Positions 42,827 to 54,708 are shown, counted from the stretch's first letter. The stretch: DNA of 64,000 nt from an uncultured candidatus Porisulfidus sp. (GCA_965215125.1 OZ244052.1:1056001-1120000), one strand, 5' to 3'. The notes: a model not told the origin generated them from the letters alone. Numbers and translations are program-made.

Positions 42827-43081
42827 ATGAATACACGCTTGAATGCAGTGCATCACCAGCAGCAAGTGATCAAAAACAACAATAGTTTACTTGATTTATT
42901 GGCGGTGCTAGTTATAGGAGGAATAGGAATGACTATATCTTTCAGCGCAGGCGATGATACGCTAGCCTACGCATTAGGTCTGATTATAATGATACTTGTC
43001 ATCGTACGGCTTTCTTTTGACTGCTTGAGCGCATATCGTGATTATAAGGATCGCACCAAAGACAAAAATAAAGGCCAATAA
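42827..43081 (+). CDS. Small two-TM hypothetical protein
   Basis: Two hydrophobic segments and a basic tail; TATAAT upstream. Confidence 0.5.
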   Translation: MNTRLNAVHHQQQVIKNNNSLLDLLAVLVIGGIGMTISFSAGDDTLAYALGLIIMILVIVRLSFDCLSAYRDYKDRTKDKNKGQ

Positions 43082-43150
43082 ATTAAGCCTATATGTCGCT
43101 ATCCAACCAACAAAAAACTTACCGCAGTTAATCCAAAGCGCAGGTCTAAT

Positions 43151-44098
43151 TTAGAAAGCGTCGCGCCTATAAACACGAATATTATCGCCTATATCAAATG
43201 CCGTCAGGTCTTCACCGAACATTACCTCGCCTTTATACCCCGCCTTTATCTCGGATAATACATCGGCGCGATCTTTGCCGAAAATAAGCGCGTGAACTAA
43301 AACCGTTTGACGAGGATTGCTTCGCCTCAATAAGCGGTTCAATTCCGAGGGTCTGGTATGATACGAAATGACTTTGCGTAAGCGTGGGTTACGCTCTAAT
43401 AAGACATCGCTTGCATCGGCAATCTCGTGGATCAATAAATCCGCACCTTCGGCGTGTTCGGCTATTTTCTCCGAGTAACGGGTGTCGCCCGAAATCACCA
43501 AACGACGCCCTTTATAATCAATCCGATAACCGAAAGCGGGCTTGACGACACCGTGATCGACCAGAATTGCCTCCACAGTCAAGTCTCCCTCCGAATAAAC
43601 CACGCCTTCGTCAATTTCACGAACATCGATGCGAATGCCCGCTTCGGGCAAATCGGTATGCTGCTTGCGTAGCGAGATATCGAAGGAATAAGCCTTTAGG
43701 ATTTGCTGCACATGGTGTTCACTGCCGACGGGACCCCACAGCCGTATCGGATCGGCGCGTTGAAAAACCCAGCCGGAAAGCATCAAATCGGGCAAACCGA
43801 TAATGTGGTCGTAGTGCAGATGGGTGATGAATAGCTTATTAATGGTGTTGTAGTCCAATCTTAGCTGATAGATTCGCCGTGCAACGCCGCGCCCGGCATC
43901 TAACAATAATTTTTGCGCGCCGGCTTCGACCAGCACTGCCGCACTGCCGCGTTCAATCTCCGGGCGCGGCGTGCCGGTACCCAGCAAGGTAACCACCATC
44001 ACATCGGCAGTAGCAATCGCAGTACTCATCAATAAAAAAAGCGCGCAGTACCACGCTCCGACAACGGCACCAACCATTCTCAACGACAATCGCTTCAT
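43151..44098 (-). CDS. Exported MBL-fold hydrolase (RNase Z/arylsulfatase-like)
   Basis: LLGTGTP, THLHYDH, SGDT, LIHE; signal peptide. Confidence 0.85.
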   Translation of the reverse strand: MKRLSLRMVGAVVGAWYCALFLLMSTAIATADVMVVTLLGTGTPRPEIERGSAAVLVEAGAQKLLLDAGRGVARRIYQLRLDYNTINKLFITHLHYDHIIGLPDLMLSGWVFQRADPIRLWGPVGSEHHVQQILKAYSFDISLRKQHTDLPEAGIRIDVREIDEGVVYSEGDLTVEAILVDHGVVKPAFGYRIDYKGRRLVISGDTRYSEKIAEHAEGADLLIHEIADASDVLLERNPRLRKVISYHTRPSELNRLLRRSNPRQTVLVHALIFGKDRADVLSEIKAGYKGEVMFGEDLTAFDIGDNIRVYRRDAF

Positions 44099-45889
44099 CT
44101 ACTTATCCACCTTTAGCACCGCTAAAAACGCCTCTTGCGGTACGTTGACTTTGCCGATTTGTTTCATACGCTTCTTGCCTGCTTTTTGTTTTTCCAACAA
44201 CTTCCGCTTGCGGGTAACATCTCCGCCGTAGCATTTTGCGGTGACATTCTTGCGCAGTGCTTTGGTCGTCGCTCGTGCAATAACGCGAGAACCTATGGCA
44301 GCTTGTATCGCAACATCAAACATTTGCCGAGGAATTAGGGTTGCCATTTTTTCTACTAAGGTGCGCCCTAGCGTTTGTGCATAATTTCTATGCACTATCG
44401 CCGATAACGCATCAACCCGGTCGCCGTTGATCAGCATATCCAACCGGATCAAGTCGGCAATCCTATAGCCGGCCAGATAGTAGTCAAAGGATGCATAACC
44501 TCTGGTAATAGATTTTAGACGATCAAAGAAATCGTAGACTATTTCGTTCAACGGCAGTTCGTACTCTATCGCAGCTTGTAGACCCACATAATGTATCTTT
44601 TTTTGTACGCCTCGCTTTTCTATACATATTTTCATCACATCGCCGATATGGTTCTGGGAGACCAGTATCGTTGCTAAAATCATAGGTTCTTCAATCCTTT
44701 CCACCTCGTTTGCAGGGGGCAGGGTGTCGGGGTTGTGCACCTCCACCACCTCGCCGCTTTTGAGTGTAACCCTATAGGTGACAGTCGGTGCGGTGGTGAC
44801 CAAAGCCTTGCCGTATTCACGCTCCAAACGTTCTTGTATAACCTCCATGTGCAACATGCCGAGAAAGCCACAGCGAAAGCCGAAGCCCAAGGCCTGAGAA
44901 GTCTCCGGCTCGTAGACCAACGCGGCATCGTTCAGGCTCAATTGATCCAAGGCTGCGCGTAAATCCGGATAATCTTCCGAATTTACCGGATAAATCCCGG
45001 CAAACACCCGCGGCGGTATTTTCTTAAATCCTGCCAGTGCTTGTGTTGCCGGGCTTTGTGCGTTAGTCCACGTATCTCCGACACGAACTTCTTCTATGCG
45101 TTTGATACCGGCGATCACAAACCCGACATCGCCGGTATACAAGCACGAGTGCATCACGCGCTCGGGGGTATAAACCCCCACCGCCTCGACTTTGTGGGTG
45201 GTTTTATTCGCCATAGACAGTATTTTACCGCCGACTTCCAGTTGACCGTCTACGACCCGCACCAACGCAATCACACCCAAATACTGGTCAAACCAAGAAT
45301 CTATAATCAACGCCTTCAAAGGCGCATCGACGACACCTTGCGGCGGCGGAATTTTAGCGACGATATGTTCGAGCAATGCTTGCACCCCCTGACCGGTTTT
45401 AGCACTCACCAAACAGAGTTCGCTTATGTCCAGCCCGATCAAATCGACGATTTCTTGTTCAACGCGTTCCACCTCGGCAACCGGACGATCAATTTTGTTC
45501 AGCACCGGCAACACGACGAGGTTTTGTTCTACTGCGGTGTAGCAAACTGCGATGCTCTGCGCTTCCACGCCTTGTGTTGCATCGACGACCAACAGCGCGC
45601 CCTCGCAAGCGGATAGGGAACGCGACACCTCGTAGCTGAAGTCCACATGCCCGGGTGTGTCTATAAAATTGAGCTTGTACTGCTCGCCGTTGCGTGCCGT
45701 ATAATTCAACGATACCGCTTGCGCCTTAATCGTGATGCCGCGTTCTCGCTCTATATCCATTGTGTCGAGGACCTGCGATACCATTCGGCGACCACTATAT
45801 CCGCCGCATAATTCAATAAATCTATCGGCAAGCGTCGATTTACCGTGATCTATATGCGCGATAATCGAGAAATTTCGGGTTTTATTCAT
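44099..45889 (-). CDS. lepA: Translation factor EF-4 (LepA)
   Basis: [33 protein letters not shown]; start taken at MNKTRNF. Confidence 0.97.
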   Translation of the reverse strand: MNKTRNFSIIAHIDHGKSTLADRFIELCGGYSGRRMVSQVLDTMDIERERGITIKAQAVSLNYTARNGEQYKLNFIDTPGHVDFSYEVSRSLSACEGALLVVDATQGVEAQSIAVCYTAVEQNLVVLPVLNKIDRPVAEVERVEQEIVDLIGLDISELCLVSAKTGQGVQALLEHIVAKIPPPQGVVDAPLKALIIDSWFDQYLGVIALVRVVDGQLEVGGKILSMANKTTHKVEAVGVYTPERVMHSCLYTGDVGFVIAGIKRIEEVRVGDTWTNAQSPATQALAGFKKIPPRVFAGIYPVNSEDYPDLRAALDQLSLNDAALVYEPETSQALGFGFRCGFLGMLHMEVIQERLEREYGKALVTTAPTVTYRVTLKSGEVVEVHNPDTLPPANEVERIEEPMILATILVSQNHIGDVMKICIEKRGVQKKIHYVGLQAAIEYELPLNEIVYDFFDRLKSITRGYASFDYYLAGYRIADLIRLDMLINGDRVDALSAIVHRNYAQTLGRTLVEKMATLIPRQMFDVAIQAAIGSRVIARATTKALRKNVTAKCYGGDVTRKRKLLEKQKAGKKRMKQIGKVNVPQEAFLAVLKVDK

Positions 45890-46172
45890 GATACTATAAA
45901 TTATAGATGAGCGACGATCGTATACCATTACTTTCCATACAATTTTTACATCGCTTCTATATGGATATTTTGGAAACCAAAATTCCCCACACTGCGAATT
46001 AAAAAAATTATGTTTTAATCGCAAAGCTATGGTAGAATGGATACTCAAACAAATGCTTCTCTGCGAATTTTGATTCCATACCAGTATAGAAATCGGCATC
46101 GGCTTCGCCTAGAGGTTCTTTGATAACAACTTTTAGCCCCTTCGTCTATTTAATAACCCTAGGATAACTAAT

Positions 46173-47429
46173 ATGAATCTTACAGAATTAAAAAAAACAC
46201 CGGTTCCCGATTTGATATCGCTGGCACAATCTATGGGTGTGGAAAGCACTAGGAGTTCACGACGCCAAGATATTATTTTTTCCATATTAAAAACAAAATC
46301 TAAAAATCGGGAAGACATTACCAGCGAAGGTGTGCTCGAGATACTGGAAAACGGTTTCGGGTTTCTACGCTCGGCGGATGAATCTTATCAACCCGGACCC
46401 GACGATATTTATGTATCACCGAATCAAATTAAACGTTTCGATCTACGCACCGGAGATACGATCGCCGGAAAAATTCGGCCGCCCAGAGACGGCGAGCGTT
46501 ATTTTGCACTGCTGAAGATAGATACGGTCAACTATCAATCCTTAGAGCAAGCTCGAGATAAAGTCCCTTTTGAAAACTTAACGCCTCTGCATGCGGAGGA
46601 GCGTCTGCGCCTTGAGTGCGGAAGCGGCAGTTCGGAGGATATTACTGCACGGATGATAGATTTGATTGCCCCGATCGGCAAAGGGCAACGGGGATTGCTG
46701 GTTTCTCCACCCAAAGCGGGAAAGACCATCATGCTACAAAACATCGCCCAAAGTATCACTGCAAATTGTCCCGAATGTTATTTGATCGTATTGCTGATAG
46801 ACGAACGTCCCGAGGAAGTCACCGAGATGCAACGCATGGTGAAAGGTGAGGTTGTCTCCAGCACTTTTGACGAGCCGGCAACACGACATGTACAGGTTGC
46901 CGACATGGTCATAGAAAAAGCCAAACGTTTGGTTGAACACAAAAAAGATGTAGTGATACTACTGGACTCAATCACTCGCCTCGCTCGGGCCTACAACACG
47001 GTGATGCCGGTCTCGGGACGGGTATTGACGGGTGGTGTCGATGCCAACGCATTAACACGCCCCAAAAGGTTTTTCGGGGCAGCTAGAAATACCGAAGAAG
47101 GCGGCAGTCTGACAATACTCGCGACCGCTCTAATCGATACCGGGTCTAAAATGGACGAAGTTATTTATGAAGAGTTCAAAGGCACCGGTAATATGGAAAT
47201 ACACCTGGATCGTCGCATTGCCGAAAAACGCATCTATCCGGCAATCAATGTGAAACGTTCCAGCACCAGACGGGAGGAATTATTGACCGAACCGGACGAG
47301 CTACAGAAAATGTGGGTGTTAAGAAAGTTCTTAGATCCTATGGATGATGCGGAAGCAATAGAGTTTATGCTGGCGCGGATGAAAAATACAAAAATCAATT
47401 CCGAGTTCTTCGAGGCGATGAGGAGCTAA
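46173..47429 (+). CDS. rho: Transcription termination factor Rho
   Basis: [27 protein letters not shown]. Confidence 0.99.
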   Translation: MNLTELKKTPVPDLISLAQSMGVESTRSSRRQDIIFSILKTKSKNREDITSEGVLEILENGFGFLRSADESYQPGPDDIYVSPNQIKRFDLRTGDTIAGKIRPPRDGERYFALLKIDTVNYQSLEQARDKVPFENLTPLHAEERLRLECGSGSSEDITARMIDLIAPIGKGQRGLLVSPPKAGKTIMLQNIAQSITANCPECYLIVLLIDERPEEVTEMQRMVKGEVVSSTFDEPATRHVQVADMVIEKAKRLVEHKKDVVILLDSITRLARAYNTVMPVSGRVLTGGVDANALTRPKRFFGAARNTEEGGSLTILATALIDTGSKMDEVIYEEFKGTGNMEIHLDRRIAEKRIYPAINVKRSSTRREELLTEPDELQKMWVLRKFLDPMDDAEAIEFMLARMKNTKINSEFFEAMRS

Positions 47430-47431
47430 TC

Positions 47432-47630
47432 AGAACCGCCGTTTGCTGCAATGGCAACAAACGGCGCGACATCGTGCAAAAACTTAGCATGGGTATGTAG
47501 GTCGAACAAGCTAGGGCTTGTTCTCATAAGTGCAAGGTGGTGCTAGTTGCACGGAATGGTATTTTAGGGCAGACAAATCAAATTGCCGATTGACCTGCCG
47601 GCTCAATCGGCGGCTTTATATTGCCCCTAC
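47432..47630. repeat. REP hairpin cluster between convergent rho and purH
   Basis: AGAACCGCCGTTTG..CAAACGGCG, GCCGATTGA..TCAATCGGC, GCCCCTAC. Confidence 0.7.
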
Positions 47631-47640
47631 GACTCGATGG

Positions 47641-49200
47641 TCAGTGCTTGAAATTACGTATGCCGCTGAACACCATGGCAATGCCGTTTTGGTCTGCCGA
47701 CACAATCACATCGGAATCTTTTAGGGAGCCGCCGGGCTGCACCACAGCACAAATTCCTATCTCGGCGGCGTATTCAATGCTATCGGCGAAAGGAAAGAAA
47801 GCGTCGGATGCTAAAACCGCTTTATCCAGCGATAGTTTTGCCTGCCGTGCTTTGCTCGCCGCTATTTTCATCGCATCTATTCTGCTCATCTGTCCTGCAC
47901 CTATTCCCAGTGTCTGTAGTTCACTCGCATAGACGATAGCATTTGATTTCACATGTTTTGCAACACGCGCAGCGAAAACCAAGTCGCGTATTTGCTTATC
48001 GTTCGCGGCATACTGGCCGGCCACGCTCAAATCCTTTGCCGTGATACGGGAATTATCTTTTTGTTGGACTAGTAGACCACCCGCTACGCTACGCAGGCTA
48101 TAGTCCGACTTTTTTTGTTCGGGAGGCTTATAAGCCATCAAACGCACGCTCGGTTTTTTAGTTAACACCTGCTTGGCACCGTCACTCACTTCGGGGGCGG
48201 CTATCACTTCTACGAATTGTTGTTCTATAATGCAGGTTGCCGTCTGTTCGTCTATTGCGCAATTAAACGCAATGACACCACCGAATGCCGACAGGGGATC
48301 GGTCGCGTAAGCTCGCATATAAGCATCGATCGGATCCGAACCGCAAGCAACACCGCACGGGTTAGTGTGCTTGATAATCGCACAAACACATTTTTCCATA
48401 TCGCTAAAATCGGAGACCAGTGCTACTGCCGAATCTAGATCCAGATAATTGTTATACGATAATTCTTTACCCTGTATTTGTTGGATGCAATGATGCCCTT
48501 CACTGATATACAGCGCAGCGCGTTGGTGTGGATTTTCACCGTAGCGCAACGCAATAGCCCGAATATATTCTCCCGAACTACCTGGAAAATCATCATTTAT
48601 TTCGGCTAAATAGCGGCTAATCGCACTATCGTAAGCGGCGGTATAGCTAAACGCCTTTTCTGCCCAAAGCAACCGTTGTTCGTGCGGGATGCCGCAACTG
48701 TTTTGTCTCAACAAAGACATTAACATCGGATAGTCGGCAGGATCTACGATAACCGTAACATCACGGTGGTTTTTGGCTGCAGAACGAATCATCGCCGGGC
48801 CACCGATATCGATGTTTTCAATCGCTCGATTTAGCGTGCAATCCTTTCGTCGGATGGTCTGCGCAAAAGGATAAAGATTGACCACCACTAGATCTATAGC
48901 TTCTATGTGGTGGTTTTGCATCACGATATCGTCCGAACCACGCCGACCCAGCAATGCCCCGTGCACCTTCGGATGTAGTGTCTTGACACGTCCATCCATA
49001 ATTTCCGGGAACCCCGTGTAATCGGAGATTTCGGTAATTTTAATTCCTGCATCGTGTAGTTTGCGCGCAGTGCCGGAGGTAGATAGAATCTCTATATCTA
49101 AAGCAACTAGTGTTTCGGCGAGTTTAACGATGTCGGTTTTATCCGACACACTTAACAACGCGCGTTTTACTGTGTTTTTTTCCTGATTGGAATCGGGCAT
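47641..49200 (-). CDS. purH: Bifunctional AICAR transformylase / IMP cyclohydrolase
   Basis: ALLSVSDK, GRVKTLHP, RYGENPHQ, SDAFFPF. Confidence 0.98.
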   Translation of the reverse strand: MPDSNQEKNTVKRALLSVSDKTDIVKLAETLVALDIEILSTSGTARKLHDAGIKITEISDYTGFPEIMDGRVKTLHPKVHGALLGRRGSDDIVMQNHHIEAIDLVVVNLYPFAQTIRRKDCTLNRAIENIDIGGPAMIRSAAKNHRDVTVIVDPADYPMLMSLLRQNSCGIPHEQRLLWAEKAFSYTAAYDSAISRYLAEINDDFPGSSGEYIRAIALRYGENPHQRAALYISEGHHCIQQIQGKELSYNNYLDLDSAVALVSDFSDMEKCVCAIIKHTNPCGVACGSDPIDAYMRAYATDPLSAFGGVIAFNCAIDEQTATCIIEQQFVEVIAAPEVSDGAKQVLTKKPSVRLMAYKPPEQKKSDYSLRSVAGGLLVQQKDNSRITAKDLSVAGQYAANDKQIRDLVFAARVAKHVKSNAIVYASELQTLGIGAGQMSRIDAMKIAASKARQAKLSLDKAVLASDAFFPFADSIEYAAEIGICAVVQPGGSLKDSDVIVSADQNGIAMVFSGIRNFKH

Positions 49201-49284
49201 CGCGAATAGATTAAAAGACGCAATTATACACTAATGCGTGCATCCGCGAATCCAAGGCTTAGAAAAACTTAGGCAAATTGAGTG

Positions 49285-50193
49285 TTAATAAATGCCTGCT
49301 AGCGAGACAAAAGTTTTGGCAAATTCGCCAAATTCATCTTCTTGTTTTGATCCTTTGCGCCAAGCTATACCTATTTCGCGATAGGCATGTGCAGGCATGT
49401 CAAGCGTTTTGATAGTGGTATGCTCAAGCATTTTTGCTTTTATCGCCATTTCCGGGATAAAAGTGATGCCTAAATCGCCCTGCACCATTTGTATTAAAGT
49501 GTGTATGCTGCTCACCGCATAAGGACTTACTTTGTCTGCATTTTTAACATCGCATGCCGACAATGCATGATTTCTAAGACAATGACCATCTTTGAGAAGT
49601 AAGATGCTACCATCCGGCAAAAGCTCTTCTTTATATTTAGCAGAAAACAAGAACTGAGAGTTTTTATTGTGTGCCACCTTAAAATGATCCTTGAATAAAA
49701 CTAGGGTTTCCGCGCCTTTTAAGTCAAAGGGTAATGCCAAGATCAATAAATCAAGGTAGCCGTTTAATAACGCGCGGTGAAGATTGACGGTTAAATCTTC
49801 GTGGATCGAGATGCTCATTTCAGGATATTTCGCTTTTATCAAAGGCAATACTGCCGGCAATATGAAGGGTGCTATCGTCGGGATAATACCTAAGCGTAGA
49901 TGGCTGGTGAAGATTGTTGCGTTGTCATTGGCAATTTCTTTTAGTATTTCTACTTCCTGCAAAATTAGATTGGCTTGATCTACAACTTTTTGGCCTAATA
50001 ACGTAAACACAACTTGTTTGTTGGTTCTATCAATTAGATCTACCCCCAGCACTACCTCTAAATTGTTGACCGCAATGCTAAAAGCGGCCTGACTGACCGC
50101 ACAGTGGTCGGCTGCCTTATTAAAGTGGAGGTATTGATTCAAAGCACAAAGATAGCTTAATTGACGCAATGTTGGCTGCTTGGCTTTACTCAT
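49285..50193 (-). CDS. oxyR: OxyR-type LysR regulator
   Basis: LysR HTH, LGIIPTIAPF, DGHCLRNHALSAC carrying both redox cysteines. Confidence 0.8.
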   Translation of the reverse strand: MSKAKQPTLRQLSYLCALNQYLHFNKAADHCAVSQAAFSIAVNNLEVVLGVDLIDRTNKQVVFTLLGQKVVDQANLILQEVEILKEIANDNATIFTSHLRLGIIPTIAPFILPAVLPLIKAKYPEMSISIHEDLTVNLHRALLNGYLDLLILALPFDLKGAETLVLFKDHFKVAHNKNSQFLFSAKYKEELLPDGSILLLKDGHCLRNHALSACDVKNADKVSPYAVSSIHTLIQMVQGDLGITFIPEMAIKAKMLEHTTIKTLDMPAHAYREIGIAWRKGSKQEDEFGEFAKTFVSLAGIY

Positions 50194-50200
50194 TGTTTAC

Positions 50201-50242
50201 AAATAAAATATATTGATGACTTTTTATCAATATATTTTATTT
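50201..50242. promoter_or_regulatory. Perfect 17-bp inverted repeat, putative LysR/OxyR operator
   Basis: AAATAAAATATATTGAT-8 bp-ATCAATATATTTTATTT just upstream of the oxyR start. Confidence 0.6.
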
Positions 50243-50385
50243 ATAATTTCCCGGTTGTCAACCTAATGTCGAATATGCCGATGACACAGATAAAAACCCT
50301 TGCAGAATTATTTATTTAGGGCATAATAGCGACTTTAGCCACATTTCGCTACATTAATTAAAAAACTATTTATAAGGATTAAAAC

Positions 50386-51645
50386 ATGCCAGGACGTAAC
50401 TTTTTATTTGTTCCAGGACCGACAAATATCCCGCAATCTATACAGAACGCAATGAATATCGCGCAGCAGGATCATCGGCGACCTGATTTTGCACAATTAA
50501 CAAAACCTCTGTTTAAGGGTTTGAACGAGGTATTCAAAACTAAGACCGGACGCTCTTTTATCTTCCCTGCTACCGGCACGGCAGGTTGGGAAATCGCACT
50601 GAGCAATACGCTGTCGCCGGGCGACAAGGTATTGACTTCGCGTTTCGGGCAATTTAGTCACCTATGGTGGGATCTTGCGGTGCGTATCGGACTAGACGTA
50701 GAAACCATAGACGTGCCGTGGGGCGAAGGTGTGCCGATTGAGAAATTCCAACGGCGTTTAGAGAAAGACACCCGGCATGAAATCAAAGCGGTGCTTACAT
50801 GTCATAACGAAACTGCCACCGGAGTTACTTCGGATATCGCTGGCTTACGTAAAGCGATGAATAAAGTAAATCATCCGGCGATGCTGTTCGTAGACGGTGT
50901 TAGCTCTATCGCAAGTATAGATTTTCGCATGGACGATTGGGGTATCGATGTTGCCGTAAGCGGCTCGCAAAAAGGGTTTATGTTGCCAGCCGGCATGGCT
51001 TTGGTATGCTTTAGCAGGAAAGCGTTGCGAGCAAGGAACACGGCAAAATGTGCCCGCTGCTTTTTAGATATACAAGACCACATCAATGCAAACGGCGACG
51101 GATTCTTCCCGTATACACCATCGGTGCCGATGCTATACGGATTGAGGGAATCGTTGAGATTGATATCCGAGGAAGGCTTGAGCCAGATATTCAAGCGGCA
51201 TCATCGGCTCGCCGAAGGTGTGCGCGCTGCGGTCAAGGCATGGGGTCTAAAACCTGTCGCCAAGCTACCTAAATGGTACTCGGACACCGTGACGGCAATC
51301 TACACACCGCCACGTTACGATGCTCGCGATGTGATAGAAATTGCCTACTACCGCTACAACATTTCCTTAGGTGCCGGGTTGTCGGTGCTTGCTGGAAAAG
51401 CCTTCCGTATCGGACATTTGGGTGATCACAACGAAACCTCTATTTTAGGCGTCATTGCCGGCGTTGAAATGGCATTGCGCGATGCCGGTGTGCCGATTAC
51501 CGCAGGCAAAGGCGTAGGCGCGGCGATCGAACACTTCCGCCGTACCGCCCCACCCCTCAAAGTAAAATTAACGACCACGAAACTTAAAAAGAGTCCCGCA
51601 AAAAGCAAAAAGAAGAAAGGCGGTTCGGGCATCGTCCGTCGTTAA
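50386..51645 (+). CDS. sgaA: Serine-glyoxylate aminotransferase (class V)
   Basis: GRNFLFVPGPTN, HNETATGV, GSQKGFMLP, FRIGHLG. Confidence 0.85.
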   Translation: MPGRNFLFVPGPTNIPQSIQNAMNIAQQDHRRPDFAQLTKPLFKGLNEVFKTKTGRSFIFPATGTAGWEIALSNTLSPGDKVLTSRFGQFSHLWWDLAVRIGLDVETIDVPWGEGVPIEKFQRRLEKDTRHEIKAVLTCHNETATGVTSDIAGLRKAMNKVNHPAMLFVDGVSSIASIDFRMDDWGIDVAVSGSQKGFMLPAGMALVCFSRKALRARNTAKCARCFLDIQDHINANGDGFFPYTPSVPMLYGLRESLRLISEEGLSQIFKRHHRLAEGVRAAVKAWGLKPVAKLPKWYSDTVTAIYTPPRYDARDVIEIAYYRYNISLGAGLSVLAGKAFRIGHLGDHNETSILGVIAGVEMALRDAGVPITAGKGVGAAIEHFRRTAPPLKVKLTTTKLKKSPAKSKKKKGGSGIVRR

Positions 51646-51653
51646 GGTCGGTC

Positions 51654-52607
51654 ATGAGTCATACACGTTTTGAGCCGGTTTGTCAGCGAGTTCAGCGCAG
51701 TGAGCTTGCGGTGCCGGGCTCCAATCCTAAAATGATAGAGAAAGCCCTGCACTGTGATGCCGATTATGTATTTCTGGATTTAGAAGACGCGGTCGCTCCC
51801 GGCGACAAATTGCAAGCGCGCAAGAATGTTATAGAAGCCCTCAACAGCCTAGATTGGAAAGGTGCCGGCAAAACCATCTCGGTACGCATCAACGGACTGG
51901 ATACACATTATATGTATCGCGATGTCGTCGATGTAGTAGAACAAGCCGGTTCCAAACTGGATACGATACTGGTGCCTAAGGTGGGCGTGCCCGGCGACCT
52001 CTATACAGTAGATGTTTTATTAACACAGATGGAAGAAGCAAAAGGTATTAAACACCGAATCGGGCTGGAGGCCTTGATTGAAACCGCACTCGGGATGGCA
52101 TGTGTCGAGCAGATTGCATCGTCGTCGAGCAAACGCCTTGAAGCGATGCATTTCGGAGTAGCCGATTATGCGGCGAGCAATAGAGCACGCACCGTCAATA
52201 TCGGCGGGCTGAATCCGGACTACCCGGGCGATCAATGGCACGCCGCAATTACGCGCATGACGGTTGCTTGCCGAGCGTACGGGTTGCGTCCCATAGACGG
52301 ACCTTTCGGAGACTTCAAAGACCCCGACGGCTATATTTTGGCTGCAAAACGCGCCGCGGCACTGGGCGTAGAAGGCAAGTGGGCGATACACCCCTCACAG
52401 ATAGCATTGGCAAATCAGGTTTTCTCGCCACCCGATACCGAAGTAGACAAAGCACGGCGCATACTCGAAGAATTAGACAAGGCTGCCGCCGAGGGGCGTG
52501 GGGCGGCGTCCCTAGACGGAAAAATGATTGACGCAGCTTCTGCGCGCATGGCGGAAAATATCGTCGGTATTGCGGAAGCGATTGCGAATAAGCAAAGCAA
52601 ATCCTAA
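51654..52607 (+). CDS. mcl: Malyl-CoA lyase (CitE/HpcH family)
   Basis: RSELAVPGS, DLEDAVAP, HFGVADYAAS, GKWAIHPSQ. Confidence 0.85.
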   Translation: MSHTRFEPVCQRVQRSELAVPGSNPKMIEKALHCDADYVFLDLEDAVAPGDKLQARKNVIEALNSLDWKGAGKTISVRINGLDTHYMYRDVVDVVEQAGSKLDTILVPKVGVPGDLYTVDVLLTQMEEAKGIKHRIGLEALIETALGMACVEQIASSSSKRLEAMHFGVADYAASNRARTVNIGGLNPDYPGDQWHAAITRMTVACRAYGLRPIDGPFGDFKDPDGYILAAKRAAALGVEGKWAIHPSQIALANQVFSPPDTEVDKARRILEELDKAAAEGRGAASLDGKMIDAASARMAENIVGIAEAIANKQSKS

Positions 52608-52629
52608 AAACTCATAGGAGGAGATCACA

Positions 52630-53796
52630 ATGAACCTTCACGAATATCAGGCAAAAGCACTTTTGCAAAAAAACGGTATTAAAATTGCTGCCGCAAGACT
52701 CGCCTATAGCCCTGCTCAGGCGGTTGCCGGCTATAGAGAGATCGGAACCCCGACTTGTGCGGTTAAAGCCCAAATCCATTCCGGAGCGCGCGGCAAAGCC
52801 GGAGGCATCAAAGTCTGTTACAGCGAAGAGGAAATACGCAAGTTCGTCAACAACATTTTGGGAACCTATTTGGTCACCCATCAGACCGGCCCGCAAGGGA
52901 AAACCGTCGAGAAAATCTATATAGAGGCGGGAACCGATATCGGTCGCGAACTTTATCTGGCTTTCGTGCTGGATCGTGCAACCGAACGTATCGTTGCGAT
53001 CGCCTCGGCAGTCGGCGGCATGGACATAGAAGAACTTGCCGAAAGCCAACCCGAGACGATTATTCGCTCACCTATTGATCCGGCAATCGGCATGCAGCCT
53101 TTTCAAGCGCGTGAATTGGCATTCGCGCTTGATATCCCTAAGCCGCTACTCAAAGAAGCAATTAAATTATTCATCAACTGCTATAAAACCTTCGTGCAGA
53201 GCGATGCCAATCTGTTGGAAATCAATCCGCTGGTCGTCACTCAATCGGAAGACAAATTGGTGCCGGTGGATGCCAAACTCGCGGTTGACGACAATGCTTT
53301 ATACAAACACCCGGAAATTTCTCAAATGCGCGATAAATCGCAGGAAGACCCCCGCGAAACCAATGCCTCGGAACACGATCTGAGCTATGTCGGATTGGAG
53401 GGAAACATCGGCTGCATGATCAACGGCGCAGGACTTGCGATGGCAACGATGGATATGATCAAATACGCCGGCGGCGAGCCGGCAAACTTTTTAGACATCG
53501 GCGGCGGTGCCTCGCCGGAGCGAGTTGCTAAAGCATTCGAGTTGGTTTTAGAAGATAAAAATGTCAAGTCTATGCTGGTCAATATCTACGCCGGCATCAA
53601 TCGCTGCGATTGGATTGCCGAAGGCTTGATTAAAGCAATCAAATCCATAGAACTCAACGTGCCTTTGGTGGTGCGTTTGTCGGGAACCAATGTGGAGCAA
53701 GGTCAACAAATGCTCAAAGAAAGCGGTTTGCCGGTTATCTCTGCGTATACTCTGGGTGAGGCGGCGGAGAAAGCGGTTGCTGCAACAAAATCATAA
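52630..53796 (+). CDS. mtkA: Malate-CoA ligase beta subunit (SucC-like)
   Basis: HEYQAK, GARGKAGG, NGAGLAMATMD, GINRCDWIA; adjacent to mcl. Confidence 0.8.
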   Translation: MNLHEYQAKALLQKNGIKIAAARLAYSPAQAVAGYREIGTPTCAVKAQIHSGARGKAGGIKVCYSEEEIRKFVNNILGTYLVTHQTGPQGKTVEKIYIEAGTDIGRELYLAFVLDRATERIVAIASAVGGMDIEELAESQPETIIRSPIDPAIGMQPFQARELAFALDIPKPLLKEAIKLFINCYKTFVQSDANLLEINPLVVTQSEDKLVPVDAKLAVDDNALYKHPEISQMRDKSQEDPRETNASEHDLSYVGLEGNIGCMINGAGLAMATMDMIKYAGGEPANFLDIGGGASPERVAKAFELVLEDKNVKSMLVNIYAGINRCDWIAEGLIKAIKSIELNVPLVVRLSGTNVEQGQQMLKESGLPVISAYTLGEAAEKAVAATKS

Positions 53797-53805
53797 GGAA
53801 ACATC

Positions 53806-54693
53806 ATGGCAATACTACTAGACGAAAAAACCAAAGTTATAGTGCAGGGAATTACCGGCAAGATCGGTAGTTTTCATACTAAAGAGATGGTTGCCTACGG
53901 CACCAATGTCGTCGGCGGTGTCACCCCCGGCAAGGGAAGTACTACATACCTCGACTTGCCGGTCTTCGATACCGTCAAGCAAGCGGTAGAACAAACCGGT
54001 GCCGAGGCGAGTGTTTTATTCGTTCCCGCTGCCGCCGCTGCCGATTCTCTGATGGAAGCCACCGACGGTGGCATCAAATATGCCGTTGCCATTACCGACG
54101 GGATACCCGCTTTGGATATGATGCGCGTTAAGCGTTTTATGCGCCGTTATAAAGAAACCAAAAAAATGATTCTCACCGGACCGAATTGTGCAGGAACGAT
54201 TAGCCCGGGCAAAGCAATGATGGGGATTATGCCCGGACACATTTATATGCCCGGCGATGTCGGTGTGGTTGCACGCTCGGGTACACTCGGCTATGAAGCC
54301 GCCTCACAAATGAAAGCGGTAAACATCGGTATCACGACCAGCGTCGGCATCGGCGGCGATCCGATTAACGGTAGTTCGCATCGCGACATACTGGAAATGT
54401 TTGAAGCCGATCCCGAGACCAAGGCGGTGATGATGATCGGTGAAATCGGCGGACCCCAAGAAGCGGAAGCGGCGGAGTTTATCAAATCGGAAATGAGCAA
54501 ACCGGTGGTCGCTTATATCGCCGGAATGACCGCACCCAAAGGACGACGGATGGGACACGCCGGTGCAATCGTTTCCGGCAAAGGAGAAAGTGCCGACGAG
54601 AAAGTCGAAATCTTGCAAGAAGCCGGCGTGGCAATCGCGCCGAATCCATCCGAGCTCGGTTCTACGATGGCCGAGGTTATGAAAAAGCTATAA
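53806..54693 (+). CDS. mtkB: Malate/succinate-CoA ligase alpha subunit (SucD-like)
   Basis: VQGITG, GPNCAG, RRMGHAGA phospho-His motif. Confidence 0.8.
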   Translation: MAILLDEKTKVIVQGITGKIGSFHTKEMVAYGTNVVGGVTPGKGSTTYLDLPVFDTVKQAVEQTGAEASVLFVPAAAAADSLMEATDGGIKYAVAITDGIPALDMMRVKRFMRRYKETKKMILTGPNCAGTISPGKAMMGIMPGHIYMPGDVGVVARSGTLGYEAASQMKAVNIGITTSVGIGGDPINGSSHRDILEMFEADPETKAVMMIGEIGGPQEAEAAEFIKSEMSKPVVAYIAGMTAPKGRRMGHAGAIVSGKGESADEKVEILQEAGVAIAPNPSELGSTMAEVMKKL

Positions 54694-54708
54694 ACAAAGG
54701 AAAGATTG

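Noticed and set aside
45890-46099. 70-aa N-terminal extension of LepA
   Set aside because: Homology starts at MNKTRNF (45889); the upstream part is the AT-rich lepA/rho divergent promoter region.
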